A DNA stretch of 64,000 nucleotides from the NCBI GenBank assembly GCA_002104945.1, contig MCFH01000059.1, positions 62,001 through 126,000 on the forward strand. The letters are read 5' to 3'. Under the pieces are notes generated by a model. That model was not told the origin of the DNA and searched no databases. It saw nothing but the letters and a program-made list of their open reading frames with translations. Position numbers and translations under genes: made by a program. Positions 31,775 to 45,280 of the stretch are shown here, in pieces. How positions within the stretch are numbered: position 1 is the first letter of the stretch; each line of letters begins with the position of its first letter. Source of the DNA: Piromyces finnis finn (taxonomy: Eukaryota > Fungi > Neocallimastigomycota).

Positions 31775-32769
31775 TACAAATTACTTGGAATGTTTTTCTT
31801 TTAATAATATAAAGATTGAAAATCCAGAATTTTGATTACTCCATAAATAATTAAAGAGAATAAACTCAATGCAATAAAGATTTATATAAAGTACCATTTA
31901 TTATTATGTTAATTATAAATTTTTAAATGAAAACTATAATTTATTCAATGGTATATAAATCAACAACAACAACAATAAAAATGGCAATAATAAAAGGCAA
32001 TTAATGTATAATAACAAATTATAGTGTATATATTTATAAGTGATAAATAAATATTATATTTTATACTGTGAAATAATATATATATAATATTAAGAAAAAA
32101 GAATCAAAATATATATTAGTTTAGTATAAATATCTCTTTATATTTTATCAATAAATTTACTTTTTATATAAATCATTTAAAAATATTTCAACTTAATATT
32201 AGTATAAAAATTAAATATAAAAATCTATTGACAATAAACTATTTATTAAAATTTAGTAATAGTCAGGTACTATAAAAAAGATGGCTTCAAAATAAAAATA
32301 TTATCCAACTTAAAAGTTATTTTATAATGAATAATTTCAATTTTTATTGCAATGGATCGAAGTTATCTTAATTATATATTTTTTTTTTTTTTGAGAAATT
32401 ACAATTTAATTAATTTCGTAAATGTTATATAAAATATAATGTAATGAATACTTGAATAATTTTAATATTAATAAATTTTGGAAATCAAGAAATTATTTGA
32501 AAATTGATAATTCAAATTTGAAATTTGAAATTTGAAATGGAAATTATAAAAACTTTTTTTTTATCCAACTAAATATATATATGTACTAATACTATTTAAA
32601 TATTCTATAAATTTTTTTATAAAATAAATGAATATACATTTAACTCTATTAAATAAATATATATATAATAATTTTTGAAATGAATATAAATACATAATAT
32701 CTAATATTTATTCAACTATTATCATATTTCTCATATTTCATATAATAGAAATAGAGTGAATTAATAATA

Positions 32770-35700
32770 ATGTCGAATTCACCAATGCAATCGAGTAATA
32801 TGACTTCAGATGAAGTCTTTGATACCCAATCTATATCAACTCAAACTTTACCAGATACAATATTTCATTATCAATATTACAGTGAAAGAAGACATGAAAA
32901 TAATGGAAATTTATCAGAAAATAATGCAAAGAAAAATCAAGTAGAAGATTGGAGAATGCGTGAAAGATTGAAGACAGTATCAGTAGCGTTAGTATTATGT
33001 TTAAATATTGGTATTGATCCACCTGATATTGTTAAAACAAGTCCATGTGCAAAATTAGAATGTTGGGTTGATCCATTTGCATATCCACAACAAAAAGCAT
33101 TAGAAACTATAGGAAAATACTTACAACAACAATACGAAGTATGGCAACCAAGAGCTAGATATAAGTTATCACTTGATCCATCAGCAGAAGAAACAAAAAA
33201 ATTATGTTGTTCATTAAGAAGAAATGCTAAAGAAGAAAGAGTTCTCTTCCATTATAACGGTCATGGTGTCCCAAAACCAACACCAGGAGGTGAAATTTGG
33301 GTTTTCAACAAAAATTACACACAATATATTCCAGTATCTATACATGATATACAAACATGGCTCGGCTCTCCATCTATTTTTGTATATGATTGCTCAAACG
33401 CAGGAAATATTGTTAATGCATTCAATCGTTTTGCTAAGGAACGTGATAACGAAGCCAGACGTCAACTTCCAACCATTGATCCACAAACGGGTATGAAAAC
33501 TACACCAAGATTTTCTTCATTTAAAAACTGTATACAATTGGCTGCTTGTGGCAGCAATGAAATCTTACCTATGAATCCAGATTTACCAGCTGATATTTTC
33601 TCATGTTGTTTAACTACACCAATTCAAATTGCATTAAGATGGTTTGTTATGCAAAATCCATTACTTACACATATTACTCCAGAAATGATTAGTAAAATAC
33701 CTGGTCGTCTAAATGATAGACGTACACCATTAGGTGAACTTAATTGGATTTTCACAGCTATTACTGATACAATTGCATGGAATGTATTACCAAACGATCT
33801 CTTTAAACGTCTTTTCCGTCAAGATTTAATGGTAGCTGCATTATTCAGAAATTATCTTTTAGCAGAACGTATCATGAGATCATTTAATTGCCATCCAATG
33901 TCATCTCCCGTTCTTCCACCTACATATAAAAATTCATTATGGAAAGCATGGGACTTAGCTGCTGATATGTGCCTTTCTCAACTTCCAAATCTTCTTAGTA
34001 AACAAGGAGCTTGTGAAAATATTACTCAAGAATATAAGCATAGCACATTCTTCACCGAACAATTAACCGCCTTTGAAGTATGGCTTGCTAAGGGAGCAAT
34101 TTCTAAAGAACCACCAGAACAATTACCAATTGTTTTACAAGTTTTACTTAGTCAAGTTCACAGATTACGCGCTTTAATGTTACTTAGTCGTTTCCTCGAT
34201 CTTGGACCATGGGCTGTTAATGCTGCTCTTTCTGTTGGTATTTTCCCCTATGTTCTTAAACTTCTTCAAAGTCCAGCTGCAGAATTAAAACCAGTTTTAG
34301 TATTTATTTGGGCAAAAATTTTAGCTGTTGACCAAGGCTGTCAAAGTGATCTTTTAAAGGATTCTGGTTACAATTATTTCATTAGTATTCTTACTAATAA
34401 CAATGCACCACAAATACAAAATATTTCTGAACATCGTGCTATGTGTTGTTTCATTCTTTCAGTATTTTGTCATAACTTCCGTGAAGGTCAACAAGTATGT
34501 TTAAGATCCAATCTTTTAACAATTTGTATTCTCCACTTAAACGACCAAGATCCACTTCTTAGACAATGGGCTTGTATCTGTATTGGTAAGGTTTGGGAAA
34601 ATTATCCAGAAGCTAAAACCATCAGTATTAGAGATAATATTCATGAAAGACTTTTTGGTATATTAACTGATATTGTACCAGAAGTTCGTGCAGCAGCTAT
34701 GTATGCTCTTGGTACCTTTATTGGTAGTATTGAAAAAACTGAACAAGTCATTAGTATTGAACATAATTTAGCAATTTCAGTATTAGTTGCCACAGCAGAT
34801 GCTTCTCCATTAGTTCGTAGAGAGTTAGTTATTGCTTTATCCGCAATTGTTTATAACTATCACAGTAAATTTGTTCATGCAGCCAGTGAACTTATGGAAG
34901 AAGAAAGAAAGAGAATTTCAAATTCTGAAGATTTACACTACTATAACGCCAGTAGTTATATTAAAGGTAAGAATGGTGAAGACAATCCATCCTCATCTTC
35001 AAATGCTAATGCCTCACATTCAAGCCATAATACTATTTATAGTTGTGTATGGAAAGTCCTATTAAATCTATCTGTTGATCCTTATCCAGAAGTAGCTCAA
35101 TTAGCTAGTTGTGTTGTCGATGATGTTAATATGCATCTCCTTAATAATTCCGTCTCAGAAAATATTTCAAATCAATACCTTCAAAATAACCCTAATAATG
35201 CAGCAGGCGTAAATGATTTAGCAGCAAATCAAAATTCACAAGCCACCTCAAATTCAGCAACCATTACTACTACAACCACTACTACTTTTGCTCAATCAAG
35301 TGGTAATATTGTTAACACACTTCGTCGTTCACGTTCAATTGTAGATGTTCTCAAAAACTTTGCTAATCCATCATCAATGACACCTATCGAAGTTGTCAAT
35401 CCATCTTCATCATCTCAAAATAGAAATAGAAATTCTACAATTCTTTCTAATTCAATCAAAAATCGTTCATCATCATCAAGTTCTTTATCCCATCTTACTT
35501 CCCTTTCTCCTCTTACCTCAAAAAACGCTGATCAAAATAACTCGATAAATAAAAAGAGTCAAAGTTCTGTCTTTGATGCCAGTTTTAATATGTCTTCCAT
35601 AAAAAATTCTCTTCCAAAGAATGATGATGTGAATAATCGCAATACCAATAATAATAATACTAATAAATTAAATATGGATGACTCAAATACTAAAGCTGAA

Positions 35701-36021
35701 TCCATGATTCCATTAAAATCAGTATTCTTTTATTGGAGTTGTGAATACTTTACAGAATCACAAACTAAGGTATATACCTATAAAATGACAAAAGTTGATA
35801 CGATATATTTATAAAAAAAATATTAATTGGTTATTAAATAATTTTTTATCAATAGGTTCCAGAACCAGAAGATCCTGGAAGTATTAGATTTAATGAAAGA
35901 CAATATAAACATGAACGTTTAGAGAAACTTATTAATGATACCCATCCAAGATATGGATTAGCTTGTAAGTTTTTAATTTCTTATGATACCTTTTTTTTTT
36001 TTTCCCTATATTTTATACTGA

Positions 36022-36052
<31 letters not shown>

Positions 36053-37708
36053 TATTCATTTTAATTCATCTATAGCAAATAATCGTTTTGATGAAAGAGT
36101 AACATCCTTCTCTTGTGATATAGGACCAATTAATTTATTAACATTCCATGAATTTGAACCATGGATTGCTGTCGCTAATGATAAAGATATTATTAGGTAA
36201 TTTTAATAATATTTAAAGAAAATCATTATTTTTATTATCCATTATAAAAAATTAATAGTAATAAGAAGCTATAGAAATAGACGAGTATTAATTGTCATTC
36301 TTATAATATATAAATAAAAAATAGTTTATGGAATCATGAAAAGAATGAAAGAATCAATACATTCTCAAATCTCAACCCAATTGGTAGTAAAATTACATCT
36401 TTAAAATTTATAAATGAAGATGATGTTACTTTAATAATGGCTGGATCTAATGATGGTGTTGTACGACTTTTCAGACATATTGATGAACCAAGTGAATTAG
36501 AAATTGTTAGTGGTTGGAGAGCTTTATCCGATGTTATGCCAACTAATAAAATTAGTAGATTAATATTAGATTGGCAACAATTTACTGGTTCTTTATTATG
36601 TTCTGGTGATGTTAGAGTTATTCGTATTTGGGATGCACAACATGAACTTTGTATGCAAGTAAGTCTATTATAATGAATAAATTAATAAATAAAAAAAAAA
36701 AAAAATTGATGATGATGATAATAATAACATTTCAATAAATATAAAAAAAAATAATAATAATAATAATTAATAGGAAATTCCAACTAAATCAAATAGTTGT
36801 GTTACCTGTCTTACTAGTGATAATGTTACTGGTAATTTAATTGTTGCAGGTTTCGGTGATGGTATGTTAAAATTATATGATCGTAGAAGTCCATCCAGAG
36901 AAAGGTAAAAGATATTTCATAATACATAAGCAATCTTTTAAAATAAAAAAAAAAAAAAAATAATATTATACTAATATCTTTATGGTATTTAATATACATT
37001 ATATATATCATATAATAGTATGCTAGCCACATTTGCTGAACATTCTGCAAGTATCGTTAATACCTATTTAGGACGTGGAGGAACTCAAGATTTAATTACC
37101 GGAAGGTAAAATTAATTATATACGTTTTGTCGTATAATTAATTATATATATATATATTAATTATTATTTGAATATTATTTTTTATATTGTTTTATTAGTT
37201 CTGGAGGTGATATTAAGTTCTGGGATTTACGTGTTCCAAAATCATTAAAATCATTAGAAATATATCCAAGTGGAGAATTAACTTCATTAACGGTTCATGA
37301 ACATGCTCCATTAATTTCATGGTAAAATTTTATAATAATAATAATAATAATAATAATATGAGAATAACCTTTTTAAAAAATGAAAAAATTTTAAGCATCA
37401 TAGTAAAATATAATAACTATTTATTTTATAAATATTATAAATCTATTTTAATTATAATTTAATAAAATAGTGGCATCAATGGTCAATCTGTAAAAATCTT
37501 TAATACAAATAATGAAGTATTGGGTAGTATAAGAGCACATGAAGGTTTCTTGGGAAGTTATAGAAATGGTACTGTTAACTGTTTAGGATTCCATCCTCAT
37601 CAATTACTTCTTGCATGTGGTAATGATAATAATGTTTCTATATTTGGAAGTGAAGTCAGATCATGGAAATTGCCATTTATACCACCAGAATATGACTATT
37701 ACGAATAG
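32770..37708 (+). CDS. KOG1: Raptor / KOG1, TORC1 scaffold subunit (RNC domain, HEAT/ARM repeats, C-terminal WD40), multi-exon
   Basis: DWRMRERLKTVSVALVLCLNIGIDPPD, ERVLFHYNGHGVPKPT, EQLPIVLQVLLSQVHRLRAL, LDLGPWAVNAALSVGIFPYVLKLLQS. Exon 1 32770-35769; WD40 exons to TAG 37708. Confidence 0.98.
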
Positions 37709-38381
37709 ATATAAAATTTTTTTAAAAAAAAAAAATAAAAATAAATAAAAATAAAAAAATAAAAGAATAGATTAAAATAAAAATAATAAAAATTCATTTA
37801 AAATTTTAATATATAAAATAAAAAAAATTTTTTTACATTTATATATTAAAATGTTTTATTCATAAATATAAATATATATATATTTATTTAAAAAAATAAT
37901 AATAACAACCAAAAAATAATAATACTAAATAATATTTTATAGGGATATGAATAATAATTCGTTTTTAAACCGAAGTATTATTTATTTATATCAAAGATAT
38001 TTTTAAGGAATAAGAATAAAAAAAAAAAAAAATGATCTATATATTAAAAGCTTTTTTTTTTTTTTTACATCTTTTTTTTTTTTTTTTTTAATTATTGTTT
38101 TAGTTTTTTTAATACTCTTTTTTTTTTTTTACCCATTTTTTCTTTCATCCATTTTAATATTTTTTTTCTTCTTCCTTTTCTTTCATTAATTCCATTATTC
38201 CTTAAAATCATATCCTAAAAACTCAAACAAAAAACAAACCTTTTAACTAGTAAAAGAAATTAAAAAATTTAAATTAGTAATAAGAATAATAAAATAAAAG
38301 TAAAAATAAAAAAAATAAATATTTATAAAATAATATTTTCTAAGTAATAACAAGAATAATAATAATAATATAAATTATCTT

Positions 38382-38413
<32 letters not shown>

Positions 38414-38821
38414 TATATATATATAGTAAAAAAATGAATGAACAAAAGTAATAACAGGTCGAATTTCTTCTGGCTAAAAAATCTGGTTAAAATAGCCAAA
38501 AATTTAGGATAAATACTAAATAAACAAATATTTAAAATTAAATATAAGATAAATAAAAAAAAATGTATATAATAAATAAATAATAAATAAAAAAATAATA
38601 AAAACTATGTAAAAATTAATGTTAAACTTTTTTTTTTTTTAGAATTATAAAAAAGTATTCTTTTTATTTTTTTAAAAAAAAAAAAAAAATAATTTTATTT
38701 TCTAATGCATAATAAATACATACTTTCTTTTCTCTATATAATCTCATTTCCATTTTTTTTTTTTTAATATACATACATAAAGCAATATACCTGTTTGTTT
38801 ATAACTCCTTTATAAAGAATT

Positions 38822-39358
38822 TTGTCGTTCCAGTTTTTATCCTGGTTGTTAAGGCGTTTCCTTAGCATACATAAGGCTTCTGGTTCGACCCCGCAGATGT
38901 CAGTGCCTGTGGATTTTCCCACTGGGTTTGCCATGGGTTGGGTTATGATATTCAGGTAAGTATAAATGAACTTTCTAATTTACTACTATGATAATAACAC
39001 TCGTCTAGCCGGCCTGAGAGGGTCTAGTGTACATGGTACATTCCAAATTAGAACTTAATAAGTGGTGACTTAGGCTATGCCAAAAACACATAATATTCCT
39101 TAATCAATTTAAGTGTAAACATTAGGGGGCGGTTGACACGTGATCAAATTGACTATAAGAGGCTTAGCATTGTAGTTGTGAAATATCGTACAACGACATG
39201 CATCTAATGTACATGGATTAAGTGAGCGTCGAAGCTGAAGAAACAGTATGACAGACCAGGAGGGTCACAACCACCTAGCAATAGGAATGAGCCAACGTTT
39301 CTCTAAGAACCACCATTGGAGCTAACTCTGATCGATGGGAGAAATGCACTCGGAAGTT
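38822..39358 (+). ncRNA. Candidate structured non-coding element: GC-rich (~41%) island with no ORF of 60 aa or more, followed by a poly(A) run; identity and strand uncertain
   Basis: Hand count 223 G+C in 540 nt versus ~5-15% in the flanks. Several hairpins, including GNRA tetraloops (GGCCU-GAGA-GGGUC, CCUA-GCAA-UAGG). No ORF in the supplied track. Confidence 0.45.
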
Positions 39359-42300
39359 AAAAAAAAAAAAAAAAAATAAAAAAAAAAAAAAAAAAATTAT
39401 AAAGAATTTTGGTATACAATAATATTTATATATAAACAATTAATATTTTTAAAAAAATATTAATCAATACTATTGATAATTTTTTTTTTATTCGTATAAA
39501 CAAGTTTTAATAAATATTTTTTTTTAAAGTAATATGTAATTTATAAGTAAATATTTATTATGAATTCTATTTTAATAAACGAAAATTCTCTTTTTATTTT
39601 TTTTTTTAACTTAATCTTTAATTTTTATAATGTTGACTTTGCCATTAGTTATTTGCAAATATAACTAAATTAGTAATTTTTATTACATTTATTATGTTTT
39701 ATTATAATTTATTCTTCATACTTTTATTTTTCTATTTTCTTTTTTTTTTTTTTTTGGTAAATTTAATTTTATACCAAACTATTTAATTGAAGTAAAAAAG
39801 TAAATAAACTTTAAACTATTACATATATAATTTACATTTATACAAGCATTAACCAATTATATTTTATATTTAATTATTATTATTCATTCACTTTATTATA
39901 TAATAACATCATTACTAGTGTAAAAAACTCAATTCTGAAAACCTTTTTTTTTTTTAACCGAAAAATACTTTTAACTAAAAATCCCATTTTTAGAGTTTTG
40001 TTATTAAATATGACTTTTTTTAAAAAAAATGATAATTAAAATAATTTCTAAAAGAAATTGTTTGGTTTTAACCATAATATTTTAAAAAGAAAAATAAATA
40101 AAATATTGTATATCCTTATGTTTTACAATATTATACATTTATTATTGTTGAAATGAAATAATAATGGCTTAATATTTAAAAATTATTTTGAATATATAAA
40201 ATGAAATGTTTCTTTTTATACTATTTTAAATTTTAAATAACTTTTTTAATTAGTTTATTAGTTAAAAATGGTATTTTTTTTTTCCTTTTTAATTTTATTG
40301 GTAAAATAAAGAAAGAATCGTGTATAAAAAAAACATAATCAATATTCATTATGGATTATAGTTTTGTCTCATGTTTCAAAAACTTTTTTATTTGTTAATT
40401 CGTCAAATTAAGCCATTAAAAATTAATGAAAAGAAAAAAAATCAATAACAAAAATATATCATTTAAGCAATAAAAGAAATGTTGTAAATCAATTTAAAAT
40501 AATATAAAAAAACTTTGCAAAGTATCAATGAAATAAAATGATTAATAATATAATTTATATAAGTTATTAATATTTTTATATACATTTCTAAAAAGTGTTT
40601 TCTTATTATCAAATACCTTATTATTTATAATAATAAATATTATCAAGGCATAAAAAAATAATATATATATATTATATATTATATATTAACACATAACTAG
40701 TATTATCAAATAAAAATAACAGAATTAATAGTATTAATAAAAAGAATATTTTTAATATTTCCAAATTGCTTATTGATCTAACTCAATTTATTTATTCAGA
40801 GTGACCTTTTGTTAAATACTTTATTTTTTAAACTAAAATATTAATAAAAGTTTATATTATATATATATTTATTTAATAAAAGGTAATGTGGGAAATTCAC
40901 ATCAAAAAAAATAATTATAAATAATATATTAATAACTTAATGTATCATTTTACTAAAGATTTTTCTTTATTCATACTTAATTCTACACTTTTATTAGTTA
41001 TGATTATTATTTATTATTACATTAACTTTTTTATATTTTTGGAATTAAAAATAATCATATATATATTCATGCATTCATTGTTTTTGTATTAAAAGAAATG
41101 TTTTGTAAAGTTCATCCCTTATTCTTTTTCGCAATATTTTATATATACTGAATGGTTATAAACATAGTTATTAATGAATTTAATTACTTATCCCATTACA
41201 ATTCATTTTTTTTGCCATTTTTTATTATTACTATTATTATAATTATAAAAAGTAGATCTCGGTCATTATTATTTTATTTGTTTATCACTAACATTGATCT
41301 ACATATTTGATGCTTTTATATATGTGTTTAAAAAAATTCTTGGTCAAAAAATTATTCTTTACTTTAAGACAAAAATGAAAATATGATAAATAATAGCTTT
41401 ATATTATAAATTTAGTACTTTATAATATTTTTTAATTTTATAGAATATTGCTTTAAAAAAATAGATATGATTTTAATATTGCTAAAGAATAATCTCCTTA
41501 ATTATTAATAATAAAATATTATATATTATAAAGTTTAATTTATTATATACTATTTTTTTTATTACTTGTTATAAATAACTATACTCTAATTCGAAAATCT
41601 AGTACTGAAAATGGTTATAAAGTATGAAATGGTATTTATAAACACAAGAGTCATACTATATAGTATTAGTATAAAAAAAAAATATTTATAATAAAAATTA
41701 AAAATAAGAATATTTATCAAATTGATAGATTAAAATATAAAATATTTTATGCTCTATGGTAGAACATAAATATGTTCTAATGGTAACTAAAAACACTACC
41801 AAAATTTATGGATGTTATTAATTTTTATCTAAAGATATATGTATATGTTAACCATACTACAAATATTAATGGAAATAATAATAATAATAAAAAAAAAGTA
41901 CTTAATAATATGTCAATAGTATAAGTAATAATAAGGAGAAAAAAACACTTTTGATTTATTAAAGCATCTAAATTACAATATATAATGTATATATATAATA
42001 TAAAATATAAAAATGTATATATTAATTTTAAAAATCAAAATATACATATACATACTAATAAATAAATATAGATAGTTTTTTTTTTTACATATTAAAAAAA
42101 TACATAAATAGTCTAGTGCTTCTTACTAAAAACACTATTATATAAAAGTATGATTATACTATAGCATATACAATAATATTTAATAATTATAAATAATAAG
42201 AAATTTTTGATGTGTCATTAGAATTATTAATGGAATCATTTTCAAAAAAAAAAAAGAAAGAAAAAAAGAAATTTGGACACATATCCAAAATTTGATGAAT

Positions 42301-43251
42301 AGTCAAATCTTATTTTAAATTGGTAACATTTTTTTATGGAAAAATGTTAAGAAAAAAAAAAAAAAAAAGGACATTAATTAGAAATAATAATATTTATTTT
42401 ATAAATAGATTTAATATTAAACTATGTAAAAAGTATAACGATTCTAAAGTTTCACCTGTTATTCATTACTAAACTATAAAAAAAAAATAGTTTATTTCAT
42501 TGTTACCGCCTTTTAACACTAAATCTTTTTTCTACAAATATTCTAATTGATTTTCAAATTTCTTAAATTTCTTTATTTTGTTTATTTATTCTTTAAAATA
42601 AAGTTTAATTTGTGTAACGCAGATATTAATTAAAATTTTAATTAATATAATTAATTTTATATATTATAATATATGATTTTACAATTTCTTTCTATTTATG
42701 GTATTAATTAAATTTTTTAATTAAAACAGTTTAAAAAGATAGCTTCAGAAGAAAAAAAAAAAAAAAAGGAATATAAAAAGCTCAACTATTATTTATTATT
42801 CTAAGATATAAATATTTACTATAGCGTATAATTATTGTCATAATAAGAGTAATAGTTAGTCATTTTACTATAAAAATATTTTTTAATTATACACTATCTA
42901 TTATCTCTCTATTTAGTATTGTGAAAAAATACACTTTATTACAAAGTATATTATTATTATTATTATTATTTAAACTTTAAATAATAATTATTTCTGGTAA
43001 TTAATTAATTAGATGATTACCAAAAAAAAAAAATTCAATAACCAAATTAAAATAGAAATAATTATTATAAATATAATTAATAATTCTTTTTCTTCTTCAA
43101 TTTGTTTTATTATCTTTTTTCTTTTTCTCAAAGTATTTAAAATTGTGTATAACATCTCTAAAAGTATGAAAATAATATATTTATATAAAAAATTAAAATA
43201 TAATAAATTATATTATATATAATATTAATTGTATCCTTCAGTTATATAAAA

Positions 43252-44602
43252 ATGACATATGAAAATACTCTTCCTCCATATAATGAAAGTAATAGCAATA
43301 AACTTGGTCCACCAACTCCAATAGTTTCAACCCCATTACCATCAACACCTTTTAACGATTCACAAGATGGACCTGGAATACGACCAACTTTACAGTAAAT
43401 AATACTAATTACTAATTAAAAATCTATATTTTTAAATTTAATAATTTCATTATTAAAAAATATATATATATATTACAACAACAATAATAGAAATATCGTA
43501 TCAACTGTAAATTTGGAAACACGTCTTGACTTAAAAACTATTGCACTTCACGCAAGAAACGCTGAATATAATCCAAAAGTTAGTATTAAATATAAAAGTA
43601 TAAAATTTTGTTTTTATATAAATAAATAATAAATAAATAAAAAAATTAAAAATATTAAATTTGAAATTCAAATTTACATTTAAATTTTAAAATATGTAAA
43701 TAAATAAATAAAAAAAAAAAAAAGGATGATTTATGGATAAATAATAAAATATTTTTATATCTATTAATTTATATCTTTTCATATCTAAATACAATAATAA
43801 TAATGATGTTGTTGTTGTTGTTGTTGTTGTTATTATTATTATTGTTGACAATAATAATAATAATAATAATAACTATTATAATTTTTATTTTTGTAAACTA
43901 TATTTTATTAAAAAAAAATATTATAATTAATAATAATATATATATATATATAATACGTATATATACTTTTATAACTTTAAATTATATTTAAATTAAAAGC
44001 GTTTTGCTGCTGTTATTATGCGTATCAGAGAACCAAAAACTACTGCTTTAATTTTCGTTTCTGGTAAAATGGTAATAACAGGTGCTAAAAGTGAAGAACA
44101 ATCAAAATTAGCTGCTAGAAAATATGCAAGAATTATTCAAAAATTAGGTTTTCCAGCAAGATTTAATGAATTTAAAATACAGAATATTGTTGGTAGTTGT
44201 GATGTTAAATTCCCAATTAGATTAGAAGGTTTAGCTTGTTCCCACGGACACTTTTCAAGTGTACGTTTCAATAATAATGAAAATCATTCATGATAAAAAG
44301 TATCTTAATTTCTAACAAACTTTTAATTAAATTTTTAATTTAGTATGAACCTGAATTATTCCCTGGTCTTATTTACCGTATGGTTAAACCAAAAATTGTA
44401 TTATTAATATTTGTTTCTGGAAAAATCGTATTAACTGGTGCAAAAGTAAGAATACGCAATACCACATATACTACATATATAAATTAATTTTAAATTATTC
44501 TAATTTTGAATTTCTATTTGAAATCTATTTTAGGTAAGAGAAGAAATTTATCAAGCTTTTGAAAATATATATCCTGTATTAAAAGAATTTAGAAAAGTAT
44601 AA
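43252..44602 (+). CDS. TBP: TATA-binding protein, 5 exons
   Basis: [82 protein letters not shown]...[57 protein letters not shown]. Confidence 0.98.
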
Positions 44603-45280
44603 ATTAAATCAAAATTGTTACAAAAAAAAAAAAAAATCCATATTATTATAGTAAAAAATAATAATTTGCTCTTTTAATAATTTAACTTTTATTATTATAA
44701 TTATTATTATTATAAAAGAAAGTTTAACATGATATTTTCACTTTGTTCTTTATATACAATTGTTTTTATTATAATTATTATTATTATTACTATATATCCA
44801 TTCTTTCATTTTAATATTACAACATTCATCTTTAAAAACTTTTTTAATTATATATATATTATTTTGAAAATGAACTGACATAAAATCTATTAATAATTAT
44901 GAATTTTTTTTTAAAAAAAAATGTAAATAATATAAAACATGACATTCAAAAAAAAAAAGTTACTATTATTCTAATATAAAATATCTATTAATAACTATTA
45001 GACATCTTTTTAATTCTTTCATATCAACAATAAATAAATAAATTTCAATTTTTACATAAAGAAATACTTAAATTTTAATTTATTTAATATTTAAATTTAA
45101 TTTTTTTTTTTTTTGTTTTACATTAATATTTGTATATTACAAAAAATGAAAGCCATAAAAATTAAAATTTGTTAGAACATAAACTAAATAAAACATAATA
45201 TATATTTAAAAAAAAAAACAGATATTATATAAAAAAAAAAAAAAAAAAAAAAACCCCTCCCATTAGAATACTGTAAAATA

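Noticed and set aside
32514-32545. (TTTGAAA)3 upstream of Raptor as a promoter element
   Set aside because: Indistinguishable from slippage repeats in AT-rich DNA without comparative data.
38934-38946. Telomerase-template-like TAACCCAACCC on the minus strand
   Set aside because: It is one base short of the CUAACCCUAAC needed for TTAGGG, I could not identify a pseudoknot or other TER elements, and the organism's telomere repeat is not visible here.
38830-38963. U1 snRNA on the minus strand (exact ATACTTACCTG at 38963-38953)
   Set aside because: No U1-70K loop (GAUCACGAAG), no U1A loop (AUUGCAC) and no Sm site at the expected distance. It is equally a consensus CAG|GTAAGT donor-like string on the plus strand.
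38773-38975. Open frame on the minus strand (MANPVGKSTGTDICGVEPEALCMLRKRL...) with a possible CAG|gtatat donor
   Set aside because: Under 60 codons from the ATG, no recognisable family, no partner exons found, and such a frame is plausible by chance at 41% GC. Kept only as a fallback explanation for the left part of the island.
39176-39250. Hammerhead (CUGAAGA/GAAA), HDV-like and group I/II intron cores in the island
   Set aside because: Core strings are partial and the required flanking stems (hammerhead stem II, HDV P1/P1.1, group I P7, group II domain V geometry) do not form.
39311-39327. RNase MRP-like 3' motif CCATTGGAGCTAACT (cf. yeast CCAAUGGAGCUUACU)
   Set aside because: The required upstream P4 partner (GAAAGUCUCC-like) is absent from the island, and an A run rather than a T run follows.
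41760-41779. Perfect 9-bp inverted repeat TAGAACATA-AA-TATGTTCTA
   Set aside because: Short, AT-rich and isolated; expected occasionally by chance at this composition.
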